This document shows positions 58,166-64,000 of a stretch of 64,000 nt of DNA, piece by piece. The DNA comes from Prorocentrum cordatum. Lineage: Eukaryota. Position numbers and translations under genes: made by a program. Positions within the stretch are counted from its first letter, which is position 1, and each line of letters starts with the position of its first letter. The notes under the pieces are model-generated. The model ran no database searches and was not told the DNA's origin. It worked only from the letters and a program-made list of their open reading frames with translations. The stretch spans positions 558,001 through 622,000 of the forward strand of contig CAUYUJ010000225.1 in the NCBI GenBank assembly GCA_963575745.1, read 5' to 3'.

Positions 58166-59830
58166 TCACGCGCCCTCCAGCTGCCGCCGCAGTGCCTTCA
58201 CGTCGATGGAGCGCGCGGGGCCTCGGAGGTGGGCGATGCCGTCGATGAGCTCGTCCTTGCCTATTTTGCCGTCGCCGTCGTGCGCGAGGATCAGGTCGAA
58301 GAGGAGGCAGCCGTCGCTGATGTCCAGGTTCATCGACGAGAGCCAGGTGCGGATCGCGGGATCGCGGAGCACCCTGGCGAACTCTCGGCGGCCGATGCGC
58401 CCGTCGTGATCGAGGTCAGCGTGCTCGAAAAGGTCCGTCATCTTCTGGCGGTGAATGTGGTCAGCCCGCCTCTTCTTTGCCACCATGACATCGTTGTCCA
58501 TCTCTGTAGCTGAAAACGTTTCTTGCATAAAAACGGAGTTCAGTATGCCGATCATGGCGAAGCCGACTGTCAGCTTGTAGAGAATAGCGAAGAGCACCCA
58601 CCATTCGTGGATGTTCTCCATCAGAAAACGAGTTATCGTCGTCCAGTTTGCAAGCGCAAGCTCGAACATTGACATCATGCTTCGTGTGTACGATCCAAAA
58701 TACATGAATGCCTCCACCTGCTGGTCCTCTGTCATGGAAGAATATTCATGTAAATACCTATCGCGGACGATCCTTGTGATGACCAGCGCAAAGACAGTCA
58801 GGCTGGAGAAAAGGATAACGATTGCCAAACAAGCGCTGGCCACGCAACTCCGCAGGGCCGCCGCCATCACCAGAATGGACTCAAGCTTCTCTGCGCTCTC
58901 GAATATCCGGAGAATTCGCACCGTCTTAGTCAAACGTAGGGTACGGAGCACTTGGATGTTCATGTCCACTTTGACCATATCGCTCAAGATGATGGACACA
59001 GCCGTGATCAGGACAACAAGAAAATCTAAAACGCACCTCCAATCGTGCCAGAACGATGATCGCAAAGCAATCAGCAGTAAGACGACCTCGATGGTAAAGA
59101 CGGCAGCAAAACCAATCTCCAACACCTTCATAGCGTTCTCCATGGTCCTGTCGCTACCAGAACCCATCTCGGCGTAGACGCCCAGGCGGTAACCCACGAG
59201 ACCTCCAAGGTATTGCTCTTCCACGATCATGTTTACCGTGTTCAAACATATACAGAGCAGGAAAAAACCCTGCGTCTTCTGCGAGCTCATGAATCTCCTC
59301 ACTTTATTGACGCAACTGTTGGAGCTGTGCGAGCCCGGCAAAGCGGCAGTACTGCGGAGGCCCAACACGTCGGATACGTTCTTCCCCTGCTCGAGCCCAT
59401 CGCTGGCCTCGGCCAGCATTCGACCCATCTGAGATCTTGATGTCACGGCAGACCCCGTCAACGTAGCCGCCGAGGGCAGGTGATGGACCACGCTCGGAGT
59501 GACGCTTGGCCGCGGCGCTGGCTCAAACGTGCCACTGTGCGACGTGTCCACCAGGGCCTCCTTCAGCGTCTCGATGTTCCTCGACAGGGCCGCAAAGGCC
59601 ACCTCGGGCGGCACCGGGGTGCCCGCCGCCAGCATCTGCCCCGTCAGGGCCAGGTGGCTGCCGCACAGGGCCAGGAGCTCCGAGTGCAGCTCGCCCGTGC
59701 CGGCCGGCTGCGGCTGGGGCGCGGCGTGGCGGCACGCGGAGCTCGGGCTCAGCGACATGTCCTCCCTGCTGAGCGTCTGCGCCGTCGGCACCGCCTCCAC
59801 CTCCGCCTCCTCCCCTGGCGCCAGGGCCAT
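58166..59830 (-). CDS. Single-domain 6TM voltage-gated-type cation channel with two C-terminal EF-hands, intronless
   Basis: S1-S6 hydrophobic helices; S4 IQVLRTLRLTKTVRILRIF; pore YFGSYTRSMMSMFELALANW; S6 VGFAMIGILNSVFMQET; EF-hands DLDHDGRIGRRE and HDGDGKIGKDE. ATG at 59830 chosen (the track start at 59932 is a GTG). Confidence 0.9.
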   Translation of the reverse strand: MALAPGEEAEVEAVPTAQTLSREDMSLSPSSACRHAAPQPQPAGTGELHSELLALCGSHLALTGQMLAAGTPVPPEVAFAALSRNIETLKEALVDTSHSGTFEPAPRPSVTPSVVHHLPSAATLTGSAVTSRSQMGRMLAEASDGLEQGKNVSDVLGLRSTAALPGSHSSNSCVNKVRRFMSSQKTQGFFLLCICLNTVNMIVEEQYLGGLVGYRLGVYAEMGSGSDRTMENAMKVLEIGFAAVFTIEVVLLLIALRSSFWHDWRCVLDFLVVLITAVSIILSDMVKVDMNIQVLRTLRLTKTVRILRIFESAEKLESILVMAAALRSCVASACLAIVILFSSLTVFALVITRIVRDRYLHEYSSMTEDQQVEAFMYFGSYTRSMMSMFELALANWTTITRFLMENIHEWWVLFAILYKLTVGFAMIGILNSVFMQETFSATEMDNDVMVAKKRRADHIHRQKMTDLFEHADLDHDGRIGRREFARVLRDPAIRTWLSSMNLDISDGCLLFDLILAHDGDGKIGKDELIDGIAHLRGPARSIDVKALRRQLEGA

Positions 59831-59983
59831 GGTCGACACCGCCCCGCGCGCGGCGAGCGGGGGGAGGGGGGCGGGGCCGGCCTGCGAGCATGGGCGCTCC
59901 TGGAGCCCGCGCCTGCGAGGTGCCCCCGACACATCCTGGGGCAGTTTCTGGAGAATCCAAGCGCGGCATGAGCATAAACTGCC

Positions 59984-60112
59984 GGAGCTCCGCGCGGACT
60001 TCTTGGATCGGCGCTGGGCCCCCCTGGCGGCGCCCCCGGCGCCGCCCCTGGCGCGCTCCGCGCGCCAGGGAGGGGGGTCCAGCGCCGGCGCAAGAAATCC
60101 GCGCGGAGCTCC
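59984..60112. mobile_element. ~129-bp MITE (same family as 23437-23559)
   Basis: GGAGCTCCGCGCGGACTTCTTG / CAAGAAATCCGCGCGGAGCTCC inverted arms; outer GCATAAAC / GTTTATGC inverted at 59972 and 60123. Confidence 0.8.
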
Positions 60113-60336
60113 ATTAGCTAATGTTTATGCAGCCCTTTCCTCGTAGAGCTTTGAGGCTTCCTGGAGCTGACCTGGTCCACGATCGGCGAGCACGCTTATC
60201 CGCATCCACGCCCTCGCCTGCCCTCGTGGGCCGGGCGCGCGATCCTGCGGCTACGCTCCGCGCGGGTCCTCCGCGCCGGGGCCGGCCTGCATCCATGGGG
60301 CCACGGCCAGGGGGTCCCGACCGCAGGGCAGCGGGT

Positions 60337-60550
60337 ATGGATAATGCGGGATGACGATAAATAATAAAATGGGAGAGAACGATCAAAACATAATCTTCTG
60401 CTATTTCTGCATAACTTTCTGACTGGAGGAGAACGGTTAAAACAAAATAGTTGTCCAGCCCGCGGCCGGTTTTTTCTAATCGTCATCCTGGGCGCCGCCG
60501 CGGGAACACGACCCCCAGTCATTTATTAATCGTCATCCTCCATTATGGAT
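60337..60550. mobile_element. Small AT-richer MITE-like element
   Basis: TATGGATAATGCGGGATGACGATAAATAA vs TTATTAATCGTCATCCTCCATTATGGATA, imperfect TIRs. Confidence 0.55.
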
Positions 60551-62604
60551 ATGTCTCCCAGCCACAGCCGATCCTGGGTCGGGGTCGTGCTGACCCGAAT
60601 CAGCCAAGGCCACCGCGCGAACCCTGGCCGCCTCGTAGCTCTCGTGTCCGGATCAGCGGATGGGGTTCGCAGACCCAAACTGATCGGGCGGGGCTGGGGC
60701 GCGGATAAGCACGTCACAGAGCGTTCCAGAACGCGCCGAGAAGGGCGCGGCGCCCGAGGCATGGCTCCAGAGCCGCTGGATCTCAGAGATCCTCGCTTGA
60801 TCCTCACCCGATTCTGCCCTCGTCGTGGCTTCGTCTGAGCTTCGCCAGGAGGGGGTCCGGAGGGACCCGCGGGCCCCCGCTGCGCGCGCGCCCCGAGGGA
60901 GCGATGCATGCCAGAGTTCTCCGGGCGGGGCGGCGGTCTCCGCTGCGCGAGCGGGCAGCTGTCTGCGCATCGGCTGGCGTGCGTGCGTGCCTGGGAGCGT
61001 GTGCGCTGTATAAGTGCGTCGCCGGAAGCGAGGCGGGGAAGCGAGAGGGGGAAGGCCTTCTCGGAAGGCGGCGGGCCTTCTCAGAAGCCCCCGCGCCGGC
61101 TCACGGGTGTTTTCTTGGTGTCTTCGAGGAGGGCTTAAACGATTTCTCAGAGGGCCGGGGGACTTCCGAGCATTCTGAGAAGGCCGGCCCGTCTCTCCTC
61201 GTGCTCCTCCTCCTCCTCCTCCTCCTCCTCCTCCTCCTCCTCGCTCGCCGACGGATGTGTTGGAGAGGGGGGGGGGGTTGGCGTATTGTGGGAATGGAAG
61301 CGCGGGCTTCTGCGCACGCCTGCCGCGCGTCCAGCTTCCAGGTACACATGCGATCGCGCGAGCGTGAGGACATACGCCCTCCCCCCTCTCCCCTGCCCCC
61401 TCCTCCCTCCCCCCTCCTCCCTCCTGCCTCCCTCCTCCCTCCTCCCTCCTCCCTCCTCCCTCCTCCCTCCTGGGTCCGCAGGCGCCTACATGCCGTACGT
61501 GCCTGGATGCATACATGCAGGCACGCGTTGAGCGTGCCTGCCAGAGTGCAAGCGTGTGGGCCTGACGGCAGGCGCATGCCTTCGTCAGTGCGTGCGTTTG
61601 CGCATGACTCATTGCCCACGCAAGAACGCAAGCACCCACGCCTACCACCGCGCTGCGGTGGTGCGTGACAGAACTTGTCAGTACCTTGTGGGCTGGCGGC
61701 GCGACCACACGCGGACGCGGTTGATAACCCTGCACAACCCGAAGCTGGGAGGGAGGAAAGAAGGAGGGGAGGGGCTCGCCTTGAAATCGAATCCCTCAGA
61801 CGCATATCCCGCCCACGAAGGTGCCTGCGCCGAATGGGGGCGCAGAAAGATACCCACACCGCAACTCCACGGACCTCTCCTCGGGTGCGTCTGGACCAAG
61901 ACTTCGAGGCGAACCCAGCCGTGGCGGCGAGGGAACGGCAGCGGTCTTGCGATGGTGTTGCTATCTCTTCCGCCACTGGATCGCTCGGCTGTGCACGCGG
62001 GTGCGCGCGCAGGCTCCCAGGGCGCGCACGGCCGCCAGGGCGTGCAGTGCACGCGCGCGCGCCGTGCGCCGCGAGGCCGCGCCCGGGGGCCCTCCGCCGC
62101 AGGCGCGCGCCGCGCGGCGGGGGGCGCGTCCTGCGCCTGCTCCGCGCCAGGGGGCTCTGCAGGGGGCGCCGCCATGCGGCGGGCGGCGCCCCGGGCGGCC
62201 GTGCCCCCCGATCCGCTGCGCAGCCGCGAGGGGGGGGAGGGCGAGAGCGGGAGGAGGAGGAGGAGGAGGAGGAGGAGGAGGAGGAGGAGGAGGAGGAGGT
62301 GGAGGAGGTCCCCGCCCACCATCGGTTCTCGCGAACCGATGGGAAGCGCGGGGGCAGGGTTCGGGCTCCGCTGCGCGCTCGAGGAGCGCCGAGCCCCTGC
62401 CCCCGCCGCGCACCGGGCTGCCTGCACCGTTGTGATCGGCGAGGGCAGGGTTCGGATGTCGCCGCCGAGGGTGGAGGAGGCCCTGGGACACACAAATAAA
62501 CACACACACACACAGATAACAGGACTCCCCAGATTTTCTGATATTTTCCAGTTGTTGTCCTCCCCCCCCACTTCCCACAGTTTCCCACATATCCCGACGA
62601 TGAC

Positions 62605-62675
62605 CTGTGTCTGCGTGTGTGTGTGTGTGTGTGTGTGTGTCTGTGTGTGTGACTGTGTGTGTGTGTGTGCGTGTG

Positions 62676-62710
<35 letters not shown>

Positions 62711-62765
62711 CTGTGTGTGTCTGTGTGTCTGTGTGTGTGTCTGCGTGTGTGTGTGTCTGTGTGTT
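62605..62765. repeat. (TG)n microsatellite
   Basis: Direct reading. Confidence 0.97.
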
Positions 62766-64000
62766 TTTTTCCCTCCCGAGAGGAGAGGGGCGGTCCTGGG
62801 CGGGAGCGGGCGGGGGAAGGGGGCGGGGCTGCCCCCGCATCGGGGCGTCGCCGGCGCGCGTCGCGACCGTCCTCGGCTGCCCTCCGAGCTCTCTCGGCCC
62901 GCGGGAGGCCGCGCGCCAGCCCCGGGGGGCGAGAGGCCCGCACGGGTGGGGCGATCGAGAGCACAGTCGGGGCGTTGACCTAAGGAACCCTAGATAAGGA
63001 ACGAGGCTCCTTTTTTGTTTAAAGTTAAACTTCGATTTCCTACATAAGTGAAACTTTGTTTAACGAGGCCCCTTTTTCCTCTACATAGGTTAAGCTTCGA
63101 TTTCCCATCAAAAACCTCCGGAACACCTGAGGCAAGCTGCGAAACAATCAGGGAGCACGGAGCCCCTCCTCAGCGAAAAGGGTTCCTTCTTCAGCGCCCC
63201 GACTGTACCACGGGGGGGCCCACGGCACGACAAGACTGCAACGCCTGAGGAGAGGGCGGATTGTTGCAGGACAGGGCTCGGGCCGAACGAACGGGGGGCG
63301 GATGGGGAAAGGGGAGGTTACGAGATCTGCTGCGTGCAGCTGGTTTCGGCCCCGCCGCCGGGCCCATTTCCCGATGCATGGGCGCCTCCCGGCGCCGGGA
63401 GGCGCTGGGAAAATCAGCTACAGTGAGCTGAATCTCACCCCCCCCCCTTTGCTATCCCCCCCCCCTTCGCCCGGCCCGAAGGGCAAGATGTGGAGGGTGG
63501 AAGAGCCAACGGAAAGGGAAGGCGAGGGGCGGAGGGGCAGAATGCTGTGGCAGAGAAAACGGGAAATGGGGGTGGGCGGAGGCGGCATGCAGGAGGGACA
63601 GGAGGATGCCAGCAGGATGGGTGGGTTTGACCGACAAGTGGCGCTTAGCTTATCCTCGTGGTCAGCCAACGAGGCCCGTGCTTTCTGGTGAAGACTACCC
63701 CCCTTTCAGAAATATGGATCGCCAAGACGCCCCGTTCGCGATGCAGCCTGGAGGGCCAACATCATGATGAAAATGGAGAGGCACCTCAAAATAAAAGGGT
63801 TCCGCTGACTCCCGCACAAACGAACGACCCGCCCAGTGTCGCCCCGCGTCACGCTCCGACGGAACACCCGAGGGATTCCGCGGGATAGAGGGGGAGCATG
63901 CCCTGCAGCATGCCACCAGGAGGCTGGAAGCACGCATGCCTGGATTCGCATGGCTCCGCGCTGCGCGCAGACAGCCCCCCCGAAGGGCAATCCTGGCTGG

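Noticed and set aside
60653..62983. Long overlapping ORFs (360-579 aa) and candidate exons at 60653-60835 and 61780-61988
   Set aside because: Composed largely of GC-rich and microsatellite sequence; candidate exon phases do not join; no domain recognised.

Overview
Repeat-dominated eukaryotic genomic DNA. It is most likely from a dinoflagellate; this is an inference from a GC-AG intron, fragments matching the DinoSL spliced leader and the repeat landscape. The centrepiece is a 16.4 kb tyrosine-recombinase (DIRS-order, PAT/Ngaro-type) retrotransposon at 25444-41803 with near-identical split direct repeats (A1...B1-A2-B2). Its coding region reads as one ~4,900-aa polyprotein interrupted by a single -1 frameshift at ~30972. 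In order, it carries: hydrophobic/TM segments with Cys-basic tails; Cys/His zinc motifs and a gag-type CCCH finger; a putative Cys/His (OTU/papain-like) protease; an intact-looking C5 cytosine methyltransferase with a ~150-aa insert; a ubiquitin-like domain; RT (LMDD); RNase H; a second, degenerate methyltransferase fold; a tyrosine recombinase; and a duplicated TM module. DNMT-bearing DIRS elements are already known in dinoflagellates. The protease/Ubl/'AG'-linker organisation, active-plus-pseudo MTase pair, membrane anchors and structured 3' repeats are the aspects that may be undescribed. Host genes are two exons of a DEAH-box RNA helicase (minus strand, 2393-3032) and an intronless 6TM cation channel with EF-hands (minus strand, 58166-59830). 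The rest is microsatellite and minisatellite DNA. Much of it is packaged in several non-autonomous elements with subterminal inverted repeats and stem-loops (Helentron/DINE-1-like) or in MITEs. All domain calls come from motif reading by eye, not from database searches.
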